Part shown: one piece after another, positions 10,377 through 19,563 of the stretch
How the letters are laid out: each line of letters opens with the position of its first letter
How positions within the stretch are numbered: position 1 is the first letter of the stretch
DNA from: Haloferax elongans ATCC BAA-1513
GTDB lineage: Archaea; Halobacteriota; Halobacteria; Halobacteriales; Haloferacaceae
DNA length: 47,604 nt
Assembly: GCF_000336755.1 (NCBI RefSeq)
Contig: NZ_AOLK01000012.1
Coordinates: 119,150-166,753 of the forward strand
Reading direction: 5' to 3'
Position numbers and translations under genes: made by a program
Notes under the pieces: model-generated
The model's database searches: none
The model's input: only the letters and a program-made list of their open reading frames with translations
Told to the model about the DNA's origin: nothing

Positions 10377-10921
10377 GTTCCCAATCGCTTGCGGATATGG
10401 ACATCGCAGTCGGAAGCGGAAATCCGGTAAAGCGGCGCGCTGTCGAGTTGGCCTGTCCCGACGCCCGCGTCGCAGCTGTTGCCGTCGATTCGGGCGTTTC
10501 GGAGCAACCCGTCGGCCACGACGAGACACTGACTGGTGCTATCACGCGCGCTGAGCGCGTCTTCGAGACCGGAGACTACCACTTCGGCGTCGGTATCGAA
10601 GGCGGCGTCGCGTCGTTTTCGACCGACACCGAGACAGCCAGTGACAGCGACCTCTATTTGGTTATGTGGGCCGCGGCGACCGACGGCACCCAAGTTGGCC
10701 ACGGTGCTGGGCCGAGTTTCCTCCTCCCCGACCGCATCGCCGACCGAATTCACGACGGCGAAGAACTCGGGCCGGTGATGGACGACGTGCTCGGGACCGA
10801 AGATATCGCGACGAACGAGGGTGCCGCGGGCGTGTTCACCGATGGACAAGTCACTCGGACGGATGCGCTCCAGTCGGCCGTGACGGCCGCGCTCGCTCCG
10901 TTCAATTGCGACCTCTACTGA
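10373..10921 (+). CDS. Non-canonical purine NTP phosphatase (inosine/xanthosine triphosphatase, YjjX/DUF84 family)
   Basis: 182 aa (MSSQSLADMDIAVGSGNPVKRRAV...). The start overlaps the upstream stop by ATGA. The upstream part of ORF 10004.. is an Arg-rich artefact. Confidence 0.65.
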   Translation: MSSQSLADMDIAVGSGNPVKRRAVELACPDARVAAVAVDSGVSEQPVGHDETLTGAITRAERVFETGDYHFGVGIEGGVASFSTDTETASDSDLYLVMWAAATDGTQVGHGAGPSFLLPDRIADRIHDGEELGPVMDDVLGTEDIATNEGAAGVFTDGQVTRTDALQSAVTAALAPFNCDLY

Positions 10922-10991
10922 CCGGTGGACAACTGCGACCTCTACTGAACTCAGAAAACTGCGAAACGCCGCGAAACCTCCCGTTTTCTGC

Positions 10992-12860
10992 CTACTCCGA
11001 TTCGGCGAGTTCACGCTCGCGGACGTCTGCGCTCTCTTCGACAGCAGTCGTCAGCGAGACGTTCAGCGAGAGCATCGACGCGACGCCGCCGACGATGGTG
11101 ACGGCGTTTTTCACCGCGTGGTCGAGGACGGCAGCGGCGAGTGCCATCGCAGGTGTGACGGGCGCGAGCGCGACCATGAACACGGTGAAGGCGATTTCGT
11201 AGAGACCGACGCCACCCGGCGACAGGGGAAGGACCTTCGCGAGGTTGCCGACGCTCACCGCGAAGAAGGAGACGCCGACGAGGACCACGGGGTCGATGTC
11301 GACGCCGAGCGCGAAGAGGACGACGACGGCAGTCACCACGTCTATCGTCCAGATGACGAGGCTCGACACACCGACGCGGCCGAATGCGGCGCGGTTTCCG
11401 GCGACGGCCTGCAGGTCGGAGACGAACTGCTCGATGACGCCCGCGACGTACTCGACGTACGAGTCGGAGGAGAACCGACCGACGACGGCGCGGACGAGGT
11501 TGCTGTCGGCACGGGCAGACAGGGCGATAGCGAGCACTCCGGCGATGGCGACGACGCCGACGCCCGTAGCGACGTAGGCCACGGTACGTACGTCACTGGC
11601 CGACACGTCCACGTTGCCGCCGCTCACGCCAGTCGCGAGCACCGACGCGATGTCGTTGAGACCGCCGGTGGCGGCGAGTCCGACGAGGACGACGCCCGCG
11701 AGACCCGCGATTGTGAGCAGGTCGAAGACGCGCTCGACGGCGAGTGAAGCGAATCCGGAGGGGTACGGAATGTCGCGTCGTGCTTTTACCACGTACGCGC
11801 GCACCGCGTCACCGGCACGGGCCGGGAAGACGAGGTTCCCGGTCTGACTGATGAATATCGCCCCCGTGAGAAAGCCCGTCTTCTCGTGATAGCCGAGTTC
11901 GCCGAGGATGTCGCCGTAGCGAAGTCCACGGAGCGGCCACGAGAGGACGTAGATGGCGGCGGCGGCCGCGACGAGCGTCGGTTCGGCGTCGCCGAGGACG
12001 CTCAGGACCTCCGAGGGGTCGATGTAGAGCGTCATCAGCGCCACTGCGACGAGCGTCAACAGCAACCCGGAGACGATTGTCACCTCGCGGGTGATACGTG
12101 GCCGAACCGAGAGTTGCCACCACGTCCGAAGAATCTGACTGCCCATCCCGAGTACGTCGCGGACGAGGTCGACTTTCGTGTCGCCTTTCGGTTCCCAATC
12201 GACGGGGAACTCGGCGACCCGGAACCCGGCGCGCTGGGCGCGTACGAGCATCTCGGTGTCCCAGAACCAGTGTTCGTCTTCGACGTCGTCGCGGAGCGTC
12301 TCGAAGGTCTCTCGGCTGAACGCTTTGAACCCACACTGGTGGTCGCGGAGGTCCGACCGGAGGAAGACGCGAACGAGACTGTTGTAGACTTGACTCGGGA
12401 AGCCGCGTTTGGCTGGTCTGTCGGCGACGTTCTCGGGCATCCACCGCGACCCGGTGGCCACGTCGCACTCTCCCGATCGAACGCGTTCGACGAGCGATTC
12501 GAGGTGTCGCATGTCCGTCGCGAGGTCCGTATCGAAGTAGACGAGTGTCTCGCCGTGTGCGGCCGCGAAGGCGTGTTCGAGCGCGCCGCCGCGCCCGAGT
12601 CGCGTGTCGCTGTGGAAGTGCCGCACGCGCGAGTCTTCGGCAGCCATGCGGTCGGCTATCTCTGGCGTGCGGTCGTCGCAGCCGTCTTCGGCGACGATGA
12701 CCTCGAAGGCGTCGGCGGGGAGGAACGATTCGAGCGTCTGGAGGGTGACGCGAACGGTGTTTTCGATGGTCCGCTCCTCGTTGTACGCGGGGAGGACGAC
12801 ACTCACGTCGACGCTGGCCGGCGTAGCGGTGGCCGAGCGCCCATCTGTCGGGCGACCCAT
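10992..12860 (-). CDS. aglD: Dolichol-phosphate-sugar glycosyltransferase AglD (GT2 domain fused to C-terminal multi-TM flippase-like domain), N-glycosylation pathway
   Basis: 622 aa from ATG 12860. The GT2 N-domain (VVLPAYNEE...) and an 8-10 TM C-domain are present. Asp110, Asp112 (YFDTD), Arg139 (GSRW) and Asp201 (HWFWD) sit at the numbering reported for H. volcanii AglD. Confidence 0.85.
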   Translation of the reverse strand: MGRPTDGRSATATPASVDVSVVLPAYNEERTIENTVRVTLQTLESFLPADAFEVIVAEDGCDDRTPEIADRMAAEDSRVRHFHSDTRLGRGGALEHAFAAAHGETLVYFDTDLATDMRHLESLVERVRSGECDVATGSRWMPENVADRPAKRGFPSQVYNSLVRVFLRSDLRDHQCGFKAFSRETFETLRDDVEDEHWFWDTEMLVRAQRAGFRVAEFPVDWEPKGDTKVDLVRDVLGMGSQILRTWWQLSVRPRITREVTIVSGLLLTLVAVALMTLYIDPSEVLSVLGDAEPTLVAAAAAIYVLSWPLRGLRYGDILGELGYHEKTGFLTGAIFISQTGNLVFPARAGDAVRAYVVKARRDIPYPSGFASLAVERVFDLLTIAGLAGVVLVGLAATGGLNDIASVLATGVSGGNVDVSASDVRTVAYVATGVGVVAIAGVLAIALSARADSNLVRAVVGRFSSDSYVEYVAGVIEQFVSDLQAVAGNRAAFGRVGVSSLVIWTIDVVTAVVVLFALGVDIDPVVLVGVSFFAVSVGNLAKVLPLSPGGVGLYEIAFTVFMVALAPVTPAMALAAAVLDHAVKNAVTIVGGVASMLSLNVSLTTAVEESADVRERELAESE

Positions 12861-13102
12861 TATCGTCCTATGGCCGCTATCGGCGTATGTATTTTCTGTC
12901 TTGCCCCGGGAGCGTGTCTCCCTGCTGGATTCTCCGGTTTCCCCGAGTGTTAGCTGACTGTACCTGCGGCGGCCCGAACAGCGCACCCGAACCCCTATTG
13001 ACGGCACTCCGAACCCTCAGTGACGGCACCTAATCGCAAGACAGCGCCGTGTTAAGTTCCTGTACCAAACCCCTGATAGGCGATACGGTACTCTCTGAAA
13101 GT

Positions 13103-13372
13103 ATGAGTACGACCGCCACGGCAACTGCCGTCGAAGCAGACGTTTCGGAGGTTCCCACCGACCTCACCGAAAAGCAGCACCGCATCCTCCAGTATCTCCG
13201 CCGCAACGCGGCCACGAAGACGTATTTCAAATCTCGTCTCATCGCCGACGACCTCGGCCTCTCGGCGAAGGAAGTCGGAGCCAACATGCGCCCGCTTCTC
13301 GACGGGAACTTCGACGTCAACGTCGAAAAGTGGGGGTACTCCTCGGGAACGACGTGGAAAGTCACTGTCTGA
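13103..13372 (+). CDS. Small winged-helix-like protein (about 90 aa), hypothetical
   Basis: ORF 13049..13372; the likely start is ATG 13103 (MSTTATATAVEADVSEVPTDLTEKQHRILQYLRRN...). HTH-like core, no family assignment. Confidence 0.4.
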   Translation: MSTTATATAVEADVSEVPTDLTEKQHRILQYLRRNAATKTYFKSRLIADDLGLSAKEVGANMRPLLDGNFDVNVEKWGYSSGTTWKVTV

Positions 13373-13518
13373 CTGCCCACTAGCCTGCCACCGCTGACGC
13401 CGTCGTCTCCTCCTTTCTCGTTCGGAGTTGTTGTCGCCTGCTACCGTCGAGTGACATCGAAGGCAGTCGAGGCTCGTCGCTCACCGGCCAGTGTGCGCTA
13501 AAACGAGCGATTGCCGCC

Positions 13519-14139
13519 TCAGGGGTCGAATCGGATGAACCCGGCGGCGTCGTTCGCAAACGCCGCGGCGTCGGTGCCGAAGGAGTCGGCGTACCGAATC
13601 AAGAGTGTGATAACCGTCTCAGGTTCGCTGACTGCGTAGCCGTCCTCCCGCGAGAGGAGGCCGACCGAATCCAGTTCTTTCGCGTAGGTGCTCACTGTCG
13701 CGCGCGAGACGTCGAGTGTATCGGCGAGTTTGCTCCCGGTCGCGTCTGGGTCTTGAAGGAGGTGAATCAGCATTCCGCGCGGCGTGTCGCGCCGGAGATA
13801 GCCGAGCGCGACCTGTTCGAACTCCGAGAACCGTTTTGCGGGGAAGAATCGTTTGTAATCACCGTCGCGCCGCACGTCGAGGGTGCCGTCGTCGACGAGG
13901 TTTCGAAGGTGGTACTGCGTCTCTCCAGTTCCGAGTTGCAGGTCGTCTCGAACTTTCGAAAAGTGTGCGCCGGGCGTGGCCGCGACGTAGCCGACGATGG
14001 CGTCGCGCGCGTCGCTCGACTTCGACGAGTCGTCGCTTCCGTTGCCACCTCCGAGGCCGACGAGCGGCGTCGCAGCCCCGAGCGCGGCGAAGCGACGAAG
14101 CGTCGCACGCTTGTCTTCATCTATCCGGCGGTCCGACAT
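13519..14139 (-). CDS. Tandem winged-helix (HTH) domain protein with N-terminal twin-arginine-like motif
   Basis: 206 aa. N-terminus ...DKRATLRRFAALGAATPLVGLGGG resembles a Tat signal, followed by two wHTH units (...HFSKVRDDLQLGTGETQYHLRNLVDDGTL... and ...SKLADTLDVSRATVSTYAKELDSVGLL...). Confidence 0.5.
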   Translation of the reverse strand: MSDRRIDEDKRATLRRFAALGAATPLVGLGGGNGSDDSSKSSDARDAIVGYVAATPGAHFSKVRDDLQLGTGETQYHLRNLVDDGTLDVRRDGDYKRFFPAKRFSEFEQVALGYLRRDTPRGMLIHLLQDPDATGSKLADTLDVSRATVSTYAKELDSVGLLSREDGYAVSEPETVITLLIRYADSFGTDAAAFANDAAGFIRFDP

Positions 14140-14240
14140 CTACCCGAAGTAGGACGTGCACGGAAGAAAAGCGCTTCGGCATTTCACTCGCCTGAAACGA
14201 TGACTGTCGGTCATTAGAATGAGTCTGTATCCGACGACAA

Positions 14241-14266
14241 TAACGGCAATAAAAACAATAACAACG
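14241..14266 (-). terminator. Oligo-T archaeal terminator candidate downstream of the stomatin gene
   Basis: On the minus strand the stop at 14292 is followed by ...GTTGTTATTGTTTTTATTGCCGTTATTG..., a T-rich block including T5. Confidence 0.4.
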
Positions 14267-14291
14267 ATACCGACGGCGACGGTGACAGCGA

Positions 14292-15551
14292 CTATTCGAG
14301 GTCTTTCTCGAACTCCATCGCTTCTTCGTCGTCGCTGCTGTCTGCGCCGCCGCTGTCACTGCCAGATTGGTTGTTCGACGTGGCCGCAGTCTCGTCGGTG
14401 TCAGCTTCCGAGACGACTTCGTCGGCGGATTTGATGGATTGTTCGTCTTCTTCGTCGGCCTCGGCGATAACCTCGTCGGGCGACTTGATGTTGTTCACTT
14501 CGGCACCCGATTTGATGGCCTCTGCCTCCTGTTCGAGTTGCTCGACGTCCATCTCGGCCGCCTGGTCGATTTGACCGAGAATCTGTTCGATGTCGTCGAG
14601 GCCGATGAGTTCGCGCGTCTCTTCGTCGAATTCGAGACTGGAGAGGCTCTCTGCGTCTTTCACGTCCGAGCCGGTCAGCTGCTTGCCGTAGCGGCCGAGC
14701 AGCGACGTGAGCTCTTGCGGCAGGACGAACGTCGTCGACTCGCCCTGGCCGATGCGTTCGAGCGTCTCCATTCCTTTGTCGATGATGGCGCGCTCGCCCA
14801 TCGACTCGGCGGACTTCGCACGCAGGACAGTCGAGATAGCGTCACCTTGCGCTTCGAGAATCTGCGACTGCTTTTCACCCTGTGCGCGGATGATGTTCGA
14901 CTGCTTTTCACCCTCGGCCTTCTCGACGGCGGAGCGACGCTCACCCTGCGCTTCGAGAATCATGGCGCGGCGGCGGCGCTCGGCAGAGGTCTGTTGCTCC
15001 ATCGCCTGCTGCACGTCCGCACTGGGGTTGACCTCGCGGACTTCCACGGACTCGACGCGGACACCCCACTCGTCGGTGGGCTCGTCGAGTTCCTTGCGGA
15101 TGCGTGCGTTGATTTCTTGGCGCTTGTTGAGCGTGTCGTCGAGTTCCATGTCGCCGAGGACGGCGCGGAGCGTCGTCTGGGCGAGATTTGAGACGGCGCG
15201 CTTGTAGTCGTCGACTTCGAGGAACGCCTTCTTGGCGTCCATGACTTTGATGTAGACGACAGCGTCGGCGGTCACCGGCGAGTTGTCGCGGGTGATTGCT
15301 TCCTGCCGCGGCACGTCGAGCGTCTGGGTACGCATGTCGAACGCGTACGTGCGCGAGACGAACGGCGGGATGAAGTTGATACCCGGTTCGAGCAGACGCC
15401 GGTACTCACCGAAGACGGTGAGGGCCTTCTTTTCGTAGGCGTCTACGATTTCGACCATCTGGTACACCGTCACGATGGCGAGCACGAGGACGAGAACGCC
15501 GATAGCGACGCTCCCAAACCCAAGCCCCGCCTGGAGGGCAAGTAGGTCCAT
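14292..15551 (-). CDS. SPFH/band-7 (stomatin/prohibitin-like) membrane protein with long acidic coiled-coil C-terminal tail
   Basis: 419 aa. N-terminal TM, SPFH core (...EYRRLLEPGINFIPPFVSRTYAFDMRTQTLDVPRQEAITRDNSPV...), an EAQGE/RAQGE repeat and an acidic tail. Confidence 0.9.
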   Translation of the reverse strand: MDLLALQAGLGFGSVAIGVLVLVLAIVTVYQMVEIVDAYEKKALTVFGEYRRLLEPGINFIPPFVSRTYAFDMRTQTLDVPRQEAITRDNSPVTADAVVYIKVMDAKKAFLEVDDYKRAVSNLAQTTLRAVLGDMELDDTLNKRQEINARIRKELDEPTDEWGVRVESVEVREVNPSADVQQAMEQQTSAERRRRAMILEAQGERRSAVEKAEGEKQSNIIRAQGEKQSQILEAQGDAISTVLRAKSAESMGERAIIDKGMETLERIGQGESTTFVLPQELTSLLGRYGKQLTGSDVKDAESLSSLEFDEETRELIGLDDIEQILGQIDQAAEMDVEQLEQEAEAIKSGAEVNNIKSPDEVIAEADEEDEQSIKSADEVVSEADTDETAATSNNQSGSDSGGADSSDDEEAMEFEKDLE

Positions 15552-15671
15552 ATCCCGGTCTAGGGTTGGCCATGTGATAAGTATTCGTGTGCCAGCCCCG
15601 CCACGTCGGACGGTTTCTGCTCTCCGTTAGGGTGGAACACTCGGCCTGCCGAGGTCCCCGGGGTGCGTCGG

Positions 15672-16268
15672 TTAGACCTCTTCTGCGCCTTCGCGTTCTT
15701 TCTCGCGCTCCTGTTCTCGACTTTCCGCCTGCCGAACGCGCTCTCTGGCGAGTTCGCGGTCGATTTCGTCCTGCCCGACGTCGAACCCTTCGACGGTGAC
15801 GACGTTGCCGCCGCCGGGGTCGACGACGACGACTTCGCTTCCGACTTCGATATCGCCGTGGACCGAGCGCGCTGCGTAGAAGGGATTGAAGCCACCTTCG
15901 TCGAGTTTTACCTCGCCGCTGGTCGGGGTGACGCGCTCTGTGACGCGGCCGGTCTTTCCTTTCAGCGCGTCGGAGTCACTCGTCCGACCCTCTCCTTTGC
16001 CGCCGTAGATGTCGAGTTCGCGGTAGCCATACAGTGCGAGGGCACCGAAGGCGAACACCAGCAGTCCGAGGACGAACGGTGCTGCGAGCGGCGGGAACAG
16101 CAACCCGACGAGACCCGCAGCGAGGAGGGCAACCCCGACGACGACGAAGTGCGCACCGGGAACGATTGCTTCGGCGAGTGACAGGCCGAGCCCGGCGAGA
16201 ACTAAGAGCAACGGAAGTGTCTCGGGGCCGATGAGACCAGCCTGCAACGGGAACGGCGGGTAAACCAT
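15672..16268 (-). CDS. NfeD-family membrane protein (stomatin operon partner)
   Basis: 198 aa with 3-4 N-terminal TM segments and a C-terminal OB-fold-like soluble domain (...GKTGRVTERVTPTSGEVKLDEGGF...). Sits upstream of the SPFH gene on the same strand. Confidence 0.8.
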   Translation of the reverse strand: MVYPPFPLQAGLIGPETLPLLLVLAGLGLSLAEAIVPGAHFVVVGVALLAAGLVGLLFPPLAAPFVLGLLVFAFGALALYGYRELDIYGGKGEGRTSDSDALKGKTGRVTERVTPTSGEVKLDEGGFNPFYAARSVHGDIEVGSEVVVVDPGGGNVVTVEGFDVGQDEIDRELARERVRQAESREQEREKEREGAEEV

Positions 16269-16346
16269 ACAGGCCCTAGGGACGTGACCTGATTAAGGGT
16301 TGAGGGTCGAACTGCGTGAGTCGCGTCAGAAAAACCAGCGGCCGGC

Positions 16347-17489
16347 TTACGACTCGGTCTGTGGTTCTGCCGCCAGCGAGTCGTCGTAGATGAACACGAC
16401 GGTGTCTTCGTTCGACGGCTGGACGACCAGCGTGCCGGTCTTCGTGTCTTCGGGCACGGCGTAGACGGTCCAGACTGTCTTCGAGTCGTTCGGTGCGAAG
16501 AGGCCGCCACCGAACGCACTCACGTTTCGAAGCGGCTGGTGGCCGTGGCGGACCCCATCAGATTCTAAGACCACGGCTGACTGCGAAAGCGACCCCGGCG
16601 AAGACCCTTGATTCGTCACGTTGAACGCGACGACGACGAACTGCTCTCCCTCGGGGGCGGTGAACGTGTTGTTTCCGACCGTTATCGACGACGTCGTCTG
16701 GGCGTTCCACCGGGCAGTCATGTCTGCGGACGACGATGGCGCGGTCGAGACTGCAGAGATAGCCACGCCACTCGGACCGCCGGACCCACCGGACCCGTTG
16801 ACGACGGGGCCGAGTGCGGCGACTGACCCGAGAGCGAGAACGAGAAGCAGCACGGCGACGACGACGACGCGAACGCTCGGCGGCGAGCTCGATTTGAGGT
16901 CGTCGAGCGAGGACGGTAGGCGGTCACGGAACGAGCCACCGTCGGAACCGCCGCCCGAACCACCATCTCCATCGCCACCGCCAGTTAGTTCACTGATGCG
17001 CTCCTGAATGGTCTCCAACGGAAGCGACGAAAGCGCGTTTTCGATTGGTTCGGGGAGGTCGAACGGCAGTCCGAACTCGACTTCTGCGGTCTCGTACACG
17101 TCGCCGTCGGTGTACTGTCTGACCGACTCTTCCATGCCCTCGTTTTCGACGGTCTCACCGAGTTCGTCGCGGTCGAGGAGCTTCACGTCGTGATTCGTGG
17201 CGAGTCCGCGAACCTCGTCTGCGAACTCACCCTGTGACGCGACGACGATGACGTCTATTTGTCGCTTCTTGGCGTGTGCGATAAACCCGCGAACGTGGTC
17301 CTCCGTCACCTCTGTGTCGACGCTTGGGAGAACCAGCATCATCCCCTTCGTCCCGTCCGCGCGCTGTCCCTGAACGAGGAATCGACCTTCGCCACGAGGT
17401 TGAATCTTGGTCTGCCAATTGCGTTGGGTCCAGAGGTCCGACAGGAAGCGGACGAACTGCTTCGACCCGAGTTCGACCAACCGCGGCAT
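16347..17489 (-). CDS. Mrr-cat-like (restriction-endonuclease fold, probably degenerate) cytoplasmic domain fused via one TM segment to an extracytoplasmic beta-sandwich (DUF4352-like) domain
   Basis: 380 aa. N-terminus ...GRFLVQGQRADGTKGMMLVLPS...IDVIVVASQGEF... has the Mrr_cat topology but lacks a clear (E/Q)xK. A Gly/Ser/Asp linker, a TM segment (VRVVVVAVLLLVLALGSVAAL) and a C-terminal secreted domain with N-glycosylation sequons follow. Confidence 0.55.
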   Translation of the reverse strand: MPRLVELGSKQFVRFLSDLWTQRNWQTKIQPRGEGRFLVQGQRADGTKGMMLVLPSVDTEVTEDHVRGFIAHAKKRQIDVIVVASQGEFADEVRGLATNHDVKLLDRDELGETVENEGMEESVRQYTDGDVYETAEVEFGLPFDLPEPIENALSSLPLETIQERISELTGGGDGDGGSGGGSDGGSFRDRLPSSLDDLKSSSPPSVRVVVVAVLLLVLALGSVAALGPVVNGSGGSGGPSGVAISAVSTAPSSSADMTARWNAQTTSSITVGNNTFTAPEGEQFVVVAFNVTNQGSSPGSLSQSAVVLESDGVRHGHQPLRNVSAFGGGLFAPNDSKTVWTVYAVPEDTKTGTLVVQPSNEDTVVFIYDDSLAAEPQTES

Positions 17490-17682
17490 TACCAGTTCAC
17501 CTCGCCACCTGCACGGTCGGGATGTTCGTCGTGTCCGGCCATGTCACGTTCGTATCTGTTCGAGTGACGAGCAGGATTCAGATTAAAACTACCGTCGCAG
17601 TCACCGTGCTCGACGCGTTCGTCTGAGTCGGTCTCGATTCGTTCGTTCATCCTCGATAGCCTGCTGTGATGCGTCGTGTCGT

Positions 17683-19449
17683 TCATTGCCGCCTCCGTGC
17701 GAGAAGTCCCGTGACGACGAGCGCGACGACGACCAAGCCGGGCGAAAGCGGGATACCCGTGTTCGTCGCCGACCCCGAGGGTTCCAACGGCGTCCGCTCG
17801 GTGACGGGGTACGGTGTCGCCGTCGCCGTCGCCGTCACTTGTTCGGCCGCTTCTTCGGTACTGGTCGCCGTCGTCGGGTTCGGCGTCGGCGTCTTCGCGT
17901 CCGGTTCGAGGCGCACCATCGCGTCGTCGGCGACGATGCTTCCGTTCGTTCCGTTCGTTCGGTACGGTGGGTCGTCGCTCACCGAGAAGTTCTTGTCGCG
18001 GTTCTGGTCAGTGTGAGCGACAGCGAGCAGTTCGCTGTCGGCCAACTGCCGCCGGTCGAACTCGACGATGACGTTCTCGTGAGTTCCCGGTGGCAGGTAC
18101 GCGCTGGTCCCGAGCGGCTCTTCGTCCGCTGTCTCGACGCGGACGAAGCCACCGACAGAGAGCGTCACTTCACTGACGGTGACGTACGTCCCGTCGGTCT
18201 CTTGGTCGACAAAGCGCATTCCGGCGTCGGATTCGAGGAGTTCGAGCTTCGTTTCGGTCTGGTCGCGGAGGTCGTAGTAATCCCCACGAATCCACAGTGG
18301 GAACGAGAGGCCGCGGTCCTCAGGGGCGAAGGTCATGTTCTTGCGGAGCGTCCCGTTTTTGCTCACCGTGACCGGGATGAGTTTCAAGAACGGTTGGCCG
18401 GGTGCACGGGCACGAATTTCGAGGACGCTGTTGGGTGCAATCGTCGTCTCGCCGGTGACGTTGACTTGCAGGGCTTCCCACGGGTAGGTCGTCTCGTTGT
18501 GGACGTCGATAGAGATAGTCGGCTCGACGAGTTCGACACGCGACCGCGCAGTGATGGTGTCTTCTTCGACGAGACTGTTGTTCTCGCCTTCGAGCGTGAC
18601 CGTCACCTCGTACTCTTCTGTGTCGCCTTCGAGCGGGAGGTCAGACGTGTCCCACACGACGTAAATGAGGTCATTTTCGAGGTCCTCGACGACCGTCGCC
18701 CCGTTTTCTGGCGTCGCCAGGAACGTCTCTTGCTCGTGATTTGGTCGCACTTCGAGCTGATTCATCGAGACTTCGATACCGTTGGCTGTCGGGCCACCGG
18801 AAATGTCATCGGGTTTTAACGCCGATTCGAGGCCGCTCTCGTTGAGTTTGATGACCGCGTAGTCACCTTTTGCGACCACCTGGCGTTTCGTCATCGAACC
18901 CGGAAGTGAGTCGGCCGAGATGCCGTCGTCGGATTCGTTGAGGCTCGCTGGTGCGACGTGGGTCGCTGCGGAGGTGTTCCCACGCGGCGTCACTTTGAGC
19001 TGGCCGATTGCCCGCTCGACACCACCGATGGTCACGTTCATCAGGTACGTCGAGGGTTCGATGGGTTCGTCGAGTGGAGCGGTCGTGAGGTTCTTCGCAC
19101 CGCCGCCGCTGATGTAATCAGACGCGTTGTTGGCGGTCGAATTGTACGTGTCGATAGTGACGGTGGTCGTTCCTGACCCGGTAAGCTCGACCGTCAGATG
19201 GTAACCGTAGTCGTCACCACCGATGTGGAGGGTGCCGGATTCGGAGTGGGAGACTTGTATCTCGACTTCGTCACCACGGGTGACAGTCGTGACATCCTTG
19301 TCGAACGACGCACTCGGTCCGTCGGCCGCGACTACCGAGACCGGAACCCAGAACGACGCGACGAGGACCATCACGGCGACGAGTAGCGAGGGTATGCGGA
19401 CTGCGTAACTCATGTCGTATGCCCGGTTGGGGGTTGACGAGGATTTCAA
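17683..19449 (-). CDS. Secreted cell-surface glycoprotein with PGF-CTERM-like (PGL variant) archaeosortase-type anchor
   Basis: 588 aa; the start could be ATG 19413 (MSYAVRIPSLL...). Signal peptide, many N-x-S/T sequons, a Thr/Pro-rich linker (TPTPNPTTATSTEE...TATATATP) and C-terminal ...SPGLVVVALVVTGLLARRRQ. Confidence 0.7.
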   Translation of the reverse strand: MKSSSTPNRAYDMSYAVRIPSLLVAVMVLVASFWVPVSVVAADGPSASFDKDVTTVTRGDEVEIQVSHSESGTLHIGGDDYGYHLTVELTGSGTTTVTIDTYNSTANNASDYISGGGAKNLTTAPLDEPIEPSTYLMNVTIGGVERAIGQLKVTPRGNTSAATHVAPASLNESDDGISADSLPGSMTKRQVVAKGDYAVIKLNESGLESALKPDDISGGPTANGIEVSMNQLEVRPNHEQETFLATPENGATVVEDLENDLIYVVWDTSDLPLEGDTEEYEVTVTLEGENNSLVEEDTITARSRVELVEPTISIDVHNETTYPWEALQVNVTGETTIAPNSVLEIRARAPGQPFLKLIPVTVSKNGTLRKNMTFAPEDRGLSFPLWIRGDYYDLRDQTETKLELLESDAGMRFVDQETDGTYVTVSEVTLSVGGFVRVETADEEPLGTSAYLPPGTHENVIVEFDRRQLADSELLAVAHTDQNRDKNFSVSDDPPYRTNGTNGSIVADDAMVRLEPDAKTPTPNPTTATSTEEAAEQVTATATATPYPVTERTPLEPSGSATNTGIPLSPGLVVVALVVTGLLARRRQ

Positions 19450-19563
19450 CCGGGAGGTTATAAATCAAGAGGCTCGGTTATCAAAATCGGAAATTCGATG
19501 GGCGGCGGCTCGGTTCACACGGCTCTGGAGCGGTCGTGTTGGTGTGACCAGCGAGGCCGACAG

